NCBI GenBank assembly: GCA_041913425.1
Contig: JAYSFF010000002.1
Location: 1,565 to 65,564 of the forward strand
Reading direction: 5' to 3'
DNA length: 64,000 nt
DNA from: Arenimonas sp.
GTDB lineage: Bacteria; Pseudomonadota; Gammaproteobacteria; Xanthomonadales; Xanthomonadaceae
Below, in pieces: positions 1 to 9,336 of this stretch. The position numbers were made by a program, and so were the translations under genes. The notes beneath the pieces are model-generated. The model searched no databases. It was not told the DNA's origin and worked only from the letters and a program-made list of their open reading frames with translations. The stretch's first letter is position 1. Each line of letters opens with the position of its first letter.

Positions 1-277
1 TGCGCAGCTGGTCCCAGACCAGCTTTTCCACCGCCGCATCGTCCTCGGTGTCGGCCAATTCGAGCGGCTGCGGCGCGCTCTTGCCGATGGCGTCGGCGTT
101 CTCGCCGGCGATGCGGAACAGATTGCCTTCCACGAACACGGTGAACGAGCCGCCGAGCGCTTGGGTAATGTAGCCGATGGTGCCCGCCGGCAGGCTGACC
201 TTGTCGCCCTGCGGCACCAGCACGGCATCGCAATCGCGCTCGAATTTCACGGGTTCGCTGGTGCGGGAATACGACAC
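1..277 (-). CDS. sufT: Putative Fe-S cluster assembly protein SufT (5' part; runs off the window start)
   Basis: Not in the ORF track. Manual translation from GTG 277 gives MSYSRTSEPVKFERDCDAVLVPQGDKVSLPAGTIGYITQALGGSFTVFVEGNLFRIAGENADAIGK, the characteristic proteobacterial SufT N-terminus. Confidence 0.85.
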   Translation of the reverse strand, partial: MSYSRTSEPVKFERDCDAVLVPQGDKVSLPAGTIGYITQALGGSFTVFVEGNLFRIAGENADAIGKSAPQPLELADTEDDAAVEKLVWDQLR

Positions 278-334
278 GGAGGGCCTGTAAACGGGTTAAA
301 CTGCCGCATAGTTTACTGGAATCCGTCCTACGCC

Positions 335-775
335 GTGTCAACGCCCCGTCCCGCCCTGTTCAAGCCCGTGTTCATCAGCCTGTTGGCCGGCTTGGCGATG
401 ATGGCGGTCTGGTTCACGCTGTCCCTGCGGCTGCAGGATGCGTTAGCCTGGTTCGGCCTAGTGGCGGCGGCCGACATCGCCCTTCTGGAACGTTGGACCC
501 GCCACCCCGAGCGCCACAGCCCGGTCTGGATCGCGCCGCTGGCCACGCTCGTCTGCGCCGTCGCCAGCCTGTGGCTGATCACCGCCTTGAGCGTGTCGCA
601 GGCCGGCGGTTTCGACTTGCGCGACAGCATCCGCCAGATGGGCTCAGGCCTGTTCGCGCAACTGCTGCAGTTGCGGTTGGCGCCACGGGAATGGGCTTTG
701 CTGGCCGCGTCGCCGTTGCTGGCCTATGTGCTGGCCGGTGCCGGCCGGCTCAATGTCCGCCGTCGATTGACTTGA
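335..775 (+). CDS. Hypothetical integral membrane protein
   Basis: Probable GTG start at 335 within ORF 161..775; about 4 hydrophobic segments; 3' end overlaps the pntB stop convergently. Confidence 0.55.
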   Translation: MSTPRPALFKPVFISLLAGLAMMAVWFTLSLRLQDALAWFGLVAAADIALLERWTRHPERHSPVWIAPLATLVCAVASLWLITALSVSQAGGFDLRDSIRQMGSGLFAQLLQLRLAPREWALLAASPLLAYVLAGAGRLNVRRRLT

Positions 776-2138
776 TTTCGGCCACCAGTTCCGCCACCGC
801 CTTGGCGCCGTCGCCGTACAGCATGCGGGTATTGTCGGCGTAGAACAGCGCGTTTTCGATGCCGGCGAAGCCGGTGCCCTTGCCGCGCTTGATGACCACG
901 GTGTTCCTCGAATCGACCACATCCAGGATCGGCATGCCGTAAATCGGCGAGGCCGGATCGGTCTTGGCGACCGGATTGACCACGTCGTTGGCGCCGATCA
1001 CCAGCGACACGTCGGTGACCGCGAATTCCGGATTGACGTCGTCCATGTCGGCGATCAGGTCGTACGGCACGCCGGCCTCGGCCAGCAGCACGTTCATGTG
1101 GCCGGGCATGCGGCCGGCGACCGGATGGATGGCGAACTTGACCTTGACGCCGCGCTTGAGCAGCAGCTGGGCGAGTTCCCAGACCTTGTGCTGGGCCTGC
1201 GCCACCGCCATGCCGTAGCCGGGCACGATCACCACCCGCTCGGCATAGGCCATCATCGCGGCGACGTCGGCGGCTTCAATCGGCTTCTGCGCGCCGCCGA
1301 TTTCGGCGGCCTCGCCGTGCTGCCCGAAGCTGCCGAACAGCACGCTGGCGATGGAACGGTTCATCGCCTTTGCCATCAGCTGGGTCAGCATGGTGCCGGC
1401 CGCGCCGACCACCATACCGGCGATGATCAGGGCCTCGTTGCCCAGCACATAGCCCTCGAACGCCACCGCTAGGCCGGTCAGGGCGTTGTATAGCGAGATC
1501 ACCACCGGCATGTCGGCGCCGCCGATCGGCAGCGTCATCAGCACGCCGACCGCCAAGGCCGCCAGGAAGAAGCCGATGATCAGCGGCTGGCGCAGCCAGA
1601 GCACCGTGGCCGCGCCGAGCGCGACGGCCGCCAGGAACAGCAGTGCGTTGAACACCTGTTGGCCCGGGAACACGAAACGCTTGTCGAGCCGGCCGTCGAG
1701 CTTGGCCCAGGCGATGACCGAGCCGGTCAGCGAAATCGAGCCGATCAACGCGCCGACCACGGCCAGCAGCAAGGCGGTATGCGACGGCGCCCGGCCGGCG
1801 GCGCTGAACGCCAACAGTTCGACGGCGCCGATGGCGGCGGCCGAACCGCCGCCGAGGCCGTTGTACAGCGCCACCATCTGCGGCATGTCGGTCATCGCCA
1901 CGCGCTTGCCGGAAATCCAGGCCACGGCCGTGCCCAGCAGCAGCGCCAAGGCGATCAAGCCGAGGTTGTGCAGGCCCGGCAGGGCGAAGGTGGCGGCGGT
2001 GGCCAGCAGCATGCCGGCGCCGGCCCACTGGATGCCGCTGCGCGCGCTCAGCGGCGAGGCCATGCGCTTGATGCCGAGGATGAACAGCAGCGCGGCCGCG
2101 AAGTAACAGGCCTTCACCAGCACCGGAAGCCAGCTCAT
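750..2138 (-). CDS. pntB: NAD(P) transhydrogenase subunit beta
   Basis: Multi-TM N-terminus; VPGYGMAVAQAQH, HPVAGRMPGHMNVLLAEA and GANDVVNP NADP-binding motifs. Confidence 0.97.
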   Translation of the reverse strand: MSWLPVLVKACYFAAALLFILGIKRMASPLSARSGIQWAGAGMLLATAATFALPGLHNLGLIALALLLGTAVAWISGKRVAMTDMPQMVALYNGLGGGSAAAIGAVELLAFSAAGRAPSHTALLLAVVGALIGSISLTGSVIAWAKLDGRLDKRFVFPGQQVFNALLFLAAVALGAATVLWLRQPLIIGFFLAALAVGVLMTLPIGGADMPVVISLYNALTGLAVAFEGYVLGNEALIIAGMVVGAAGTMLTQLMAKAMNRSIASVLFGSFGQHGEAAEIGGAQKPIEAADVAAMMAYAERVVIVPGYGMAVAQAQHKVWELAQLLLKRGVKVKFAIHPVAGRMPGHMNVLLAEAGVPYDLIADMDDVNPEFAVTDVSLVIGANDVVNPVAKTDPASPIYGMPILDVVDSRNTVVIKRGKGTGFAGIENALFYADNTRMLYGDGAKAVAELVAEIKSIDGGH

Positions 2139-2428
2139 GCGCCGCCATCCTTGTTCGACGGCTTGAACATCTCCAGCATGCGTTCGGTCACCACGTAGCC
2201 GCCGGCGGCGTTGCCGGCGCCCATCAACACCGCCAGGAAGCCGATGACCTTCTCCGCGGTGGTATCGGCGTGGCCGAGCACCACCATGGCGCCGACCAGC
2301 ACGATGCCGTGCACGAAATTGGAGCCCGACATCAGCGGCGTGTGCAGGATCACCGGCACCCGGCCGATGATTTCGTAGCCGGTGAACGCGGCCAGCAGGA
2401 ACACATACAGGTACAGGAATCCGTCCAT
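2135..2428 (-). CDS. pntAB: NAD(P) transhydrogenase subunit alpha part 2 (membrane)
   Basis: LHTPLMSGSN and GGYVVTERMLEMF motifs; ATGA overlap with pntB. Confidence 0.95.
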   Translation of the reverse strand: MDGFLYLYVFLLAAFTGYEIIGRVPVILHTPLMSGSNFVHGIVLVGAMVVLGHADTTAEKVIGFLAVLMGAGNAAGGYVVTERMLEMFKPSNKDGGA

Positions 2429-2429
2429 C

Positions 2430-3536
2430 TCAGGCTCCCGGCGCCGGTTCGGCGCCCTCGTGGGCGATGCAGGTGCCGGCCACCAGCTCGTCGTCGAACG
2501 GAATGCGCAGCGCGCCGCCGTCGGCGAGCATCAGGCCGAGGAAATTGAACAGGTTGCGGGCGTACATCTCGCTGGCATGCAGGGCGCCCATGCTGGCCAG
2601 GTTCAGCGGACCGACGACCGTGACGCCGTCACGTTCGACATCTTCGCCGGGCACGGTGAGCTCGCAGTTGCCGCCGGACTCGGCGGCCAGATCGACGATC
2701 ACGCTGCCACGGCGCATGCCCTCGACCATCGCGGCGCTGACGATCTTCGGCGCCGGCCGGCCTGGCACGGCGGCGGTGGCGATGATGACGTCGACGCCCT
2801 TGAGATGCTCGGCCAGCCGCTGCTGCTGCAGGGCGCGTTCGTCGTCGGTCAGCGGCCGGGCGTAGCCGCCTTCGCCGGCGGCGCTGACGCCCAAATTGAG
2901 GAAACGGCCGCCGAGCGACTCGATCTGCTCGCGGGTCTCGGGACGCACGTCGAAGCCCTCGACCTGCGCGCCCAGGCGTTTGGCGGTGGCGATGGCCTGC
3001 AATCCGGCCACGCCGGCGCCGATCACCAGCACTTTCGAGGGCCGGATGGTGCCGGCGGCGGTGGTCAGCATCGGGAAGAAGCGCGGCGCGCGCTGGGCGG
3101 CGATCAACACCGCCTTGTAACCGGCCATGCCGGCCTGCGAGCTCAGGATGTCCATAGCCTGCGCGCGCGTGGTGCGCGGCAGTTTCTCCAGCGCGAATGC
3201 CGACAGCCGGCGCCCGCGGTAGAACGGCAGCAGGTTGCCGTTGCGGTGCGGCGCCAAGGCGCCGATCAGCGCCGCGCCGGGTTTCAAGGACTGCAAATCG
3301 GCCGGTGACGGCGCCTGCACGCACAGCAACACATCAGCCTGCGCCAGTACTGCGGCACGGTCGGGCTCGATGCGGGCGTCGACATAGTCGGCATCGTCGA
3401 AGCCGGCGGCGCGGCCGGCGCCGGACTCCAGCAGCACGGCGATGCCCTTGGCGGCGAGTTTGCGGCAGGTCTCCGGCGTCAACGCCACACGGCGTTCGCC
3501 CTCGGACTGCTCGCGGATGGTTGCGACGGTGATCAT
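2430..3536 (-). CDS. pntAA: NAD(P) transhydrogenase subunit alpha part 1 (NAD-binding)
   Basis: ERRVALTPE, RAQAMDILSSQ, GAGVAGLQA and DLAAESGGNC motifs. Confidence 0.96.
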   Translation of the reverse strand: MITVATIREQSEGERRVALTPETCRKLAAKGIAVLLESGAGRAAGFDDADYVDARIEPDRAAVLAQADVLLCVQAPSPADLQSLKPGAALIGALAPHRNGNLLPFYRGRRLSAFALEKLPRTTRAQAMDILSSQAGMAGYKAVLIAAQRAPRFFPMLTTAAGTIRPSKVLVIGAGVAGLQAIATAKRLGAQVEGFDVRPETREQIESLGGRFLNLGVSAAGEGGYARPLTDDERALQQQRLAEHLKGVDVIIATAAVPGRPAPKIVSAAMVEGMRRGSVIVDLAAESGGNCELTVPGEDVERDGVTVVGPLNLASMGALHASEMYARNLFNFLGLMLADGGALRIPFDDELVAGTCIAHEGAEPAPGA

Positions 3537-3601
3537 GACGGCGGCATCCCCTGCCTTGGCATCGGCCTATCCTACCGGACGCCGGGGGTGGCCGTCAGCT
3601 A

Positions 3602-5833
3602 TCAGCTGAAATCGGCTTTCAGGCGGTGCAGCACGCGGTCCAGGGTCTGCTCGAACACGTTCTCTTCGGCGTGCACGATGAGCTTGCCGTGCTTCTTCAT
3701 CTCGGCCAGCTCCTCGACCGAGACCACCAGCACCCGCACGCCGCGCCGGTTGACGAACATCAGCCGGGCCGAAATCGGGCTGATCCAGGCCAGCTTGATC
3801 GGCGCGAAGCCGCCGTTGCCGACCGTCATCTGCAGCCAGGCGCCGACCGGCAGGTTCTTGAAATACTCGACGTCGCGCGGATCGAAGTCCAGCGCGGACT
3901 TGTTGAACGCCATGTGCAGGCCGCCGGCCGCGGCCTTTTGCGCCGTCACGGCCGGCTCGCCGGCGGGTTTGACGGGCGCATGGTAATGCGCGGCGCTCTC
4001 GGCGATCTTCTGGATCAGGGCCGAAGAGGAATCGGACAATACGCCGGAGCTCGACAGCACCGCCTCGATACCGAGACGCAGCTGCTGCACGGCCGCGATC
4101 CGGGCCTCCGGCGGCTGCCAGCCGAGCACCGAAATCAGGTCGTCCGCCAACTTCAGGGCGACGCTCCACGCGCCGCTGTCCTCGCCTTCGCGCAGGATGA
4201 TCATCGACAGATGGTGGGTCCAGTAGCGCGAGAAGAAGTCCTGGATAACCGACGGCAGCTCGGCGTTGCCGGTGCGCGCCTCCAGTTCCCGGGCGGCGAG
4301 CATACGCGCGTTTTCCAGGCGCTCCTGGCCGCGCTGCGCTTCCTTGGCGCGCTTCTCGGCCATATCGACGCGGCGGCGGTGCTGGTCGAGGTAGGCACGC
4401 ATCTCCTGCTCGAGGGTCTCGAAGATGGCGATGTCCTCGTTGAAGCCGGCCACCAGGCTGTCGACCGTGGCTTCGGCCTTGCCGAGCAGTTCGCGCTCCT
4501 GCGGACCATCGCCCTGGTTGCCCTCGATGGCTTCGGCCAAGGCGTTGAGCAGGCGGCGGGCCGGGTGCGCCTTGGTCAGGAACAGGCGGCGGTCGAGCAC
4601 CGCGGCCTTGGCGTACGGCACCACCAGGCGCGACATCAGGCGGCGCGCCTCCTCGCGGAAGTCGCGCTCGGTGATCAGCACGTCGAACAGCATGCCGACC
4701 AGGTCGACCGCATCCTCGTCCTCGCGGTCGATCTCGACCGCGTCCGGGGCCAAGCCGATCTTGCGGGTGCTGCCGAGCATGGCGTCCTTCAGGCAGGAAG
4801 ACAGCGAGGCGTCGCTGGCAGACATCGCCGCGCTCACCGCTTCCGGCAGGATGCGCTGCATCGAGGACAGCAGCGCGATGGTCTCGTTCTTGCTCAACCG
4901 GTGCCGGACGCCGGACGCGGGCGCCGAACCGTCCAGCGGCAGGCTCTGCTGGGCGGCCGCCGCGCGCTCGTGCTGCGGGCGCCAGTTGTGCAGGTAATCG
5001 CAGATCTCCAGGAACAGCGCCTGCTCGGCCGAACCGATCGGCAGATCGGACAGCTCGCCGAGTTCGCGCTGTTGCTGGGTGACGGCAGCGGCCTGCGGCG
5101 GCACCGGGGCGCGCTCGCTGTGCGCGCTGCGCTCGGCCACGACCGGCGTTTCCGGCTTCGGGGCCTCCGGTTTGGGCGGCTCGGGCCGGCGCGCGGGGCG
5201 CGGCGTGGCCAGATGCGGCAGCACCCCGGCCTTGATCATCGGCTCGTTGGCGTCCTCCAGCAGGGCGGAAAGCGCCGCGATCAGTGCCGACTCGTAATTG
5301 CGGAACAGCATGAAACGGATTTTGGTCGGCAACTGCACGCCGGCCAAGGCGCCGCGCAGGTATTCGGCCAGCTTGCGCTCGGACAGCGGCGAGGACGCCT
5401 TCTCCGCCGACGGCAGGCCGAGCAGCGCGCAGAAACGCTGGCCGGTGGCGTTGATGACATCCGAGCACGAACGCATCACGGCTTCGGTCACCAGCTCGGC
5501 GTTGACCACGTCGTCCATGTCGTCCAGATCGACCAGACTCAGGTCGGCGGCCGGCATCTCGCTGGTCGACTTGAGCTTGCGGCGGAACGCCGAGAAACCG
5601 GCATCCAGGGCACGCGAATACTGGTGCTCGATGGCCTGCGACACGGAGCGGAACAGGCGCAGGTTCTCCAGGTTCGGCGAACCGATGCCGGACTGGTCCT
5701 GTTGGCAGATGTCGTACAGGAAGGTGTCGGTGGCCGCGACGGCATTGGCCATGACCCGGTCGAGACGGCTACGGCTGGCCGACTGGACCGACGCGTACAC
5801 CGCATCATGGCCCGGGAAAGGCGCCGCTGGCAT
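3602..5833 (-). CDS. DUF1631 family protein
   Basis: Large helical protein with HPARRLLN and C-terminal KLAWISPISARLMFVNRRG signature; start taken at ATG 5833. Confidence 0.8.
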   Translation of the reverse strand: MPAAPFPGHDAVYASVQSASRSRLDRVMANAVAATDTFLYDICQQDQSGIGSPNLENLRLFRSVSQAIEHQYSRALDAGFSAFRRKLKSTSEMPAADLSLVDLDDMDDVVNAELVTEAVMRSCSDVINATGQRFCALLGLPSAEKASSPLSERKLAEYLRGALAGVQLPTKIRFMLFRNYESALIAALSALLEDANEPMIKAGVLPHLATPRPARRPEPPKPEAPKPETPVVAERSAHSERAPVPPQAAAVTQQQRELGELSDLPIGSAEQALFLEICDYLHNWRPQHERAAAAQQSLPLDGSAPASGVRHRLSKNETIALLSSMQRILPEAVSAAMSASDASLSSCLKDAMLGSTRKIGLAPDAVEIDREDEDAVDLVGMLFDVLITERDFREEARRLMSRLVVPYAKAAVLDRRLFLTKAHPARRLLNALAEAIEGNQGDGPQERELLGKAEATVDSLVAGFNEDIAIFETLEQEMRAYLDQHRRRVDMAEKRAKEAQRGQERLENARMLAARELEARTGNAELPSVIQDFFSRYWTHHLSMIILREGEDSGAWSVALKLADDLISVLGWQPPEARIAAVQQLRLGIEAVLSSSGVLSDSSSALIQKIAESAAHYHAPVKPAGEPAVTAQKAAAGGLHMAFNKSALDFDPRDVEYFKNLPVGAWLQMTVGNGGFAPIKLAWISPISARLMFVNRRGVRVLVVSVEELAEMKKHGKLIVHAEENVFEQTLDRVLHRLKADFS

Positions 5834-5973
5834 CAGATTCCCCGATTCGTCGATCAAAGCCCACTCCTTGCACGTTGGCTTATTGTAACGAATCATAACC
5901 CAGGCGGCGTAATTAAAGTGTGACAAACCGCACAGCCCACAGCCGGGCTGCGGCCGGGTGCTAAACTGGGCGG

Positions 5974-6540
5974 ATGAGCCTTGTCCTGCCCCTGATGTCC
6001 CGGGTTTCGACCCCGAGCAAGCACCTGACCGCCCCCGGACCGGATCGCGCCACCCTGCTGCAGCTGCTGGCCGAGGCGGTGCATGTGCCCGACCACGGCC
6101 GCCTGCGGCCCTGGCGCTTCATCCTGATCGAGGGCGCGGCCCGCGACCGCATCGGTGCCGTGCTGTACCGGCGCGTGCGCGAAAGCCTGCCCGAGGCCTC
6201 TCCGGCGCGGTTGGACAAGGAACGCACCCGCTTCGCCTACGCGCCCTGCATCGTGGCGGTGGCGCTCGCTCCGGTGCAAGGCCACAAAGTCCCGGAAATC
6301 GAGCAGACGCTGTCCGGCGGCGCGCTGTGCATGAACCTGCTGCACGCCGCGCACCAAGCCGGCTTCGGCGCGCAATGGCTGACCGGTTTCGCCGCCTACG
6401 ACCGCGAGGTGCTGGCGGCGGTCGGCTTGGCCGAGCACGAGTTGCTGCTCGGCTACATCCACATCGGCACCCGCACCGAAATCCCGCCCGAACGCGAACG
6501 CCCGGATCCCGCCGGCCTGCTGAGCGTCGCCGCGCCATGA
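5974..6540 (+). CDS. Nitroreductase family protein (YdjA-like)
   Basis: PDHGRLRPWRF, GFGAQWLTG and GYIHIGT motifs. Confidence 0.9.
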   Translation: MSLVLPLMSRVSTPSKHLTAPGPDRATLLQLLAEAVHVPDHGRLRPWRFILIEGAARDRIGAVLYRRVRESLPEASPARLDKERTRFAYAPCIVAVALAPVQGHKVPEIEQTLSGGALCMNLLHAAHQAGFGAQWLTGFAAYDREVLAAVGLAEHELLLGYIHIGTRTEIPPERERPDPAGLLSVAAP

Positions 6541-7415
6541 GCCCGCTGTATCTGGTGGATTCCAGCATGTACGTGTTCCGGGCCTGGTTCTCGATGCCCA
6601 AGGAGTTCTTCGACGTCGACCAGAACCCGACCAACGCCGTGCAGGGCTTCACCCGCTTCCTGTGCGAACTCATCGAGCGCGAGAAGCCGGAGCGGATCGT
6701 GTTCGCCTTCGACGAATCGCTGGACAGCAATTTCCGCAACGAGCTGTATCCGGCCTACAAGGCCAACCGCGATCCGGCGCCGGAAGAGCTCAAGGTCCAA
6801 TTCGACTACTGCAAGCGCCTGTGCCGCGCGCTCGGCTTCCAAGTACTGGCCGACGGCTACTTTGAAGCCGACGACCTGATCGGCAGTGCGCTGACGCAGG
6901 CCCGAACCGAAGGCCGTCCCAGCCTGATCCTGTCGGCCGACAAGGACCTGTCGCAGCTGCTCGGCGAGCACGACGAGCAATGGGACTACGCCAAGAACGT
7001 GCGTTGGCGGCTGCCGGGCGTGAAAGCCAAGCACGGCGTGCATGCGCACCAACTGGCCGATTATCTGGGCCTGACCGGCGACGCGGTGGACAACATCCCG
7101 GGCGTGCCCGGTATCGGCCCGAAGACCGCGGCCACCCTGCTCGGCCACTTCGGCAGCCTGGATGCGCTGCTCGACCGGCTGGAGGAACTACCCTATCTGC
7201 GCCTGCGCTCGGCCGCCATACACGCCCGGACGCTGCACGAACACCGCGACATGGCGCTGCTGAGCCGCAAACTGGCCACCATCCGTTGCGACGTGCCGCT
7301 GCCGCAGGAGCGCGGCCTGGGCACCCGCCAGACGTCCGACGGCGACGGCCTGCAGGCCCTGGCCGAACGCCTGCGCCTGGGGCCGCTTACCCGCCGGCGC
7401 CTGTTGTCCCTATAA
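6537..7415 (+). CDS. 5'-3' exonuclease / flap endonuclease (ExoIX-like, H3TH)
   Basis: ATG 6537 overlaps the upstream stop (ATGA); LVDSS, FRNELYPAYKANR, EADDLIGS, SADKDL and GDAVDNIPGVPGIGPKTA motifs. Confidence 0.92.
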   Translation: MSPLYLVDSSMYVFRAWFSMPKEFFDVDQNPTNAVQGFTRFLCELIEREKPERIVFAFDESLDSNFRNELYPAYKANRDPAPEELKVQFDYCKRLCRALGFQVLADGYFEADDLIGSALTQARTEGRPSLILSADKDLSQLLGEHDEQWDYAKNVRWRLPGVKAKHGVHAHQLADYLGLTGDAVDNIPGVPGIGPKTAATLLGHFGSLDALLDRLEELPYLRLRSAAIHARTLHEHRDMALLSRKLATIRCDVPLPQERGLGTRQTSDGDGLQALAERLRLGPLTRRRLLSL

Positions 7416-7422
7416 TCGGACC

Positions 7423-7977
7423 ATGACCGAACAGCGCGACGAGCACGCAGCCCGCACCGTATACGAAGGTACTTACCTGCGCATGCGGGTGAAGGGCAAC
7501 TGGGAATACGCCGAACGCACCAAGGGCGGCTCGGCGGTGATCATCATCGCCCGCACGCCGGAAGACAAGATGCTGTTCGTCGAGCAGTTCCGCGTGCCGT
7601 TGGGCAAGCCCACCATCGAGATGCCGGCCGGCCTGGTCGGCGACCAGGATGCGGACGACACCTTCGAGCTGGCCGCCCGGCGCGAGCTGCTGGAAGAAAC
7701 CGGTTGGCGGGCGGACAAGGTCGAAGTGCTGATGGTCGGCCCCAGTTCGGCCGGCATGAGCAACGAACTGATCGCCTTCGCCCGTGCCAGCGGACTGAGC
7801 CGCGTGCATGCCGGCGGCGGCGACGAAACGGAAGACATCACCGTGCACGAAGTGCCGGTGGCGGAGGTGCCGCGCTGGCTGGCCGGCAAAATCGCCGAAG
7901 GCTACGACATGGACCCCAAGCTGTGGGCCGGGCTGTGGCTACTCGACCGCAACCCGGACGGCTCAGCCGCCCAATAA
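7423..7977 (+). CDS. NUDIX hydrolase (ADP-ribose pyrophosphatase-like)
   Basis: Nudix box EMPAGLVGD...AARRELLEETGW. Confidence 0.9.
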   Translation: MTEQRDEHAARTVYEGTYLRMRVKGNWEYAERTKGGSAVIIIARTPEDKMLFVEQFRVPLGKPTIEMPAGLVGDQDADDTFELAARRELLEETGWRADKVEVLMVGPSSAGMSNELIAFARASGLSRVHAGGGDETEDITVHEVPVAEVPRWLAGKIAEGYDMDPKLWAGLWLLDRNPDGSAAQ

Positions 7978-8307
7978 GGGCGAGACGATCGCGGCGAGCA
8001 TCGCCGCCAACGCAAGGATTTCGAGCGCCACGCTGAAGCGGAAGCCCAGGCGGATGGCCTGCGCGTGGTAACCGACCATGCCCGGGCTGTGCAACGCCAG
8101 CTGCAGCGCCTGCCACTCGGCTCCCTCCTGCCGGAGCGAGCGGTAAGCCAAGGACGGGCGGCCGAGCAGTCGCTGGCGGGCCACGCTCTCCAGATACGGA
8201 TTGCCGCTGCGGCGCGCGGCATCGACCATCCGGTACCAGTTACGCAGGAACAGCGCGGCGTCGATCACGATCAGCAGGGCGATGAGGTACAACCACGCAA
8301 CCGGCAT
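7963..8307 (-). CDS. Small hypothetical two-TM membrane protein
   Basis: Hydrophobic N- and C-terminal helices; starts 3 nt after the pip stop. Confidence 0.55.
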   Translation of the reverse strand: MPVAWLYLIALLIVIDAALFLRNWYRMVDAARRSGNPYLESVARQRLLGRPSLAYRSLRQEGAEWQALQLALHSPGMVGYHAQAIRLGFRFSVALEILALAAMLAAIVSPLLGG

Positions 8308-8310
8308 CGA

Positions 8311-9255
8311 TCAACCCCGGAACGCGTCGGTGGCGGCCACCAGGGCCGCGGCGTTTTCGGCCTCGAACGCCGAATGCCCGGACTGCGGGGTGATCACCAG
8401 CCGCGCCTCCGGCCAAGCCTGGTGCAGGTCCCAGGCGTTCTGCACCGGGCAGACCACATCGTAGCGGCCGTGCACGATGACTCCGGGGATGTGGCGGATG
8501 CGCTGGGCGTCGCGTAACAGCTGGTCATCGGCATCGAAGAAGCCCTTGTTGACGAAATAATGGTTCTCGATGCGCGCGAAGCTGAGCGCGAAATGCGGAT
8601 CCTCGAAGCTGTCGATCGAAGCCGGCTCCGGCACCAGTGTGCTGGTCGCGCCCTCCCACACCGACCAGGTCCGGGCGGCGGCCAGACGCACCTGCTCGTC
8701 GTCCGAGGTCAACCGGGCGTGGTAGGCGGCGATGAAATCGCCGCGCTCGGCTTCCGGGATGTGGTCGCGGTAGGCCTGCCAGGCCTCCGGGAACAGGCGG
8801 TGCGCGCCGGACTGGTAGAACCACTGCAGTTCCCAACGGCGCAGCATGAAGATGCCGCGCAGCACCAGCTCGGAGACGCGCTCGGGATGGGTTTCGGCAT
8901 AGGCCAAGGCCAAGGTGGAGCCCCAGCTGCCGCCGAACACCTGCCAGCGCCCGATGCCCAGATGCGCGCGCAGCTTCTCGATGTCGGCGACCAGGTCCCA
9001 GGTGGTGTTGTCGACCAGGTCGGCGTGCGGCGTGGAACGCCCGGAGCCGCGCTGGTCGAACAGGATGATGCGGTAGGCCGCCGGATCGTGGAACTGGCGC
9101 ATCTTGGCGTTGGTGCCGGCGCCGGGACCGCCATGCAGGACCACCACCGGCTTGCCCTCGGGATTGCCGGACTCCTCGAAGTACAGGGTATGGCGGTCGT
9201 CGACCGCCAGCATGCCGGTGCGGTAAGGCTCGATATCGGGATAAAGCGTGCGCAT
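8311..9255 (-). CDS. pip: Prolyl aminopeptidase (proline iminopeptidase)
   Basis: MRTLYP start, LHGGPG, FDQRGSG, GGSWG nucleophile, GRYDVVCP and GHSAFE. Confidence 0.96.
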   Translation of the reverse strand: MRTLYPDIEPYRTGMLAVDDRHTLYFEESGNPEGKPVVVLHGGPGAGTNAKMRQFHDPAAYRIILFDQRGSGRSTPHADLVDNTTWDLVADIEKLRAHLGIGRWQVFGGSWGSTLALAYAETHPERVSELVLRGIFMLRRWELQWFYQSGAHRLFPEAWQAYRDHIPEAERGDFIAAYHARLTSDDEQVRLAAARTWSVWEGATSTLVPEPASIDSFEDPHFALSFARIENHYFVNKGFFDADDQLLRDAQRIRHIPGVIVHGRYDVVCPVQNAWDLHQAWPEARLVITPQSGHSAFEAENAAALVAATDAFRG

Positions 9256-9301
9256 GCGGGAATCCTTCGGGCGTGACGGAAGAAGTTTAGCGCATCCCCC
9301 C

Positions 9302-9329
9302 TTGCGCTTGGGGAAAGTTGCGGTATGCT
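9302..9329 (+). promoter_or_regulatory. Candidate sigma70 promoter for the HNH gene
   Basis: TTGCGC-N16-TATGCT just upstream of ATG 9337. Confidence 0.35.
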
Positions 9330-9336
9330 CGGATGC

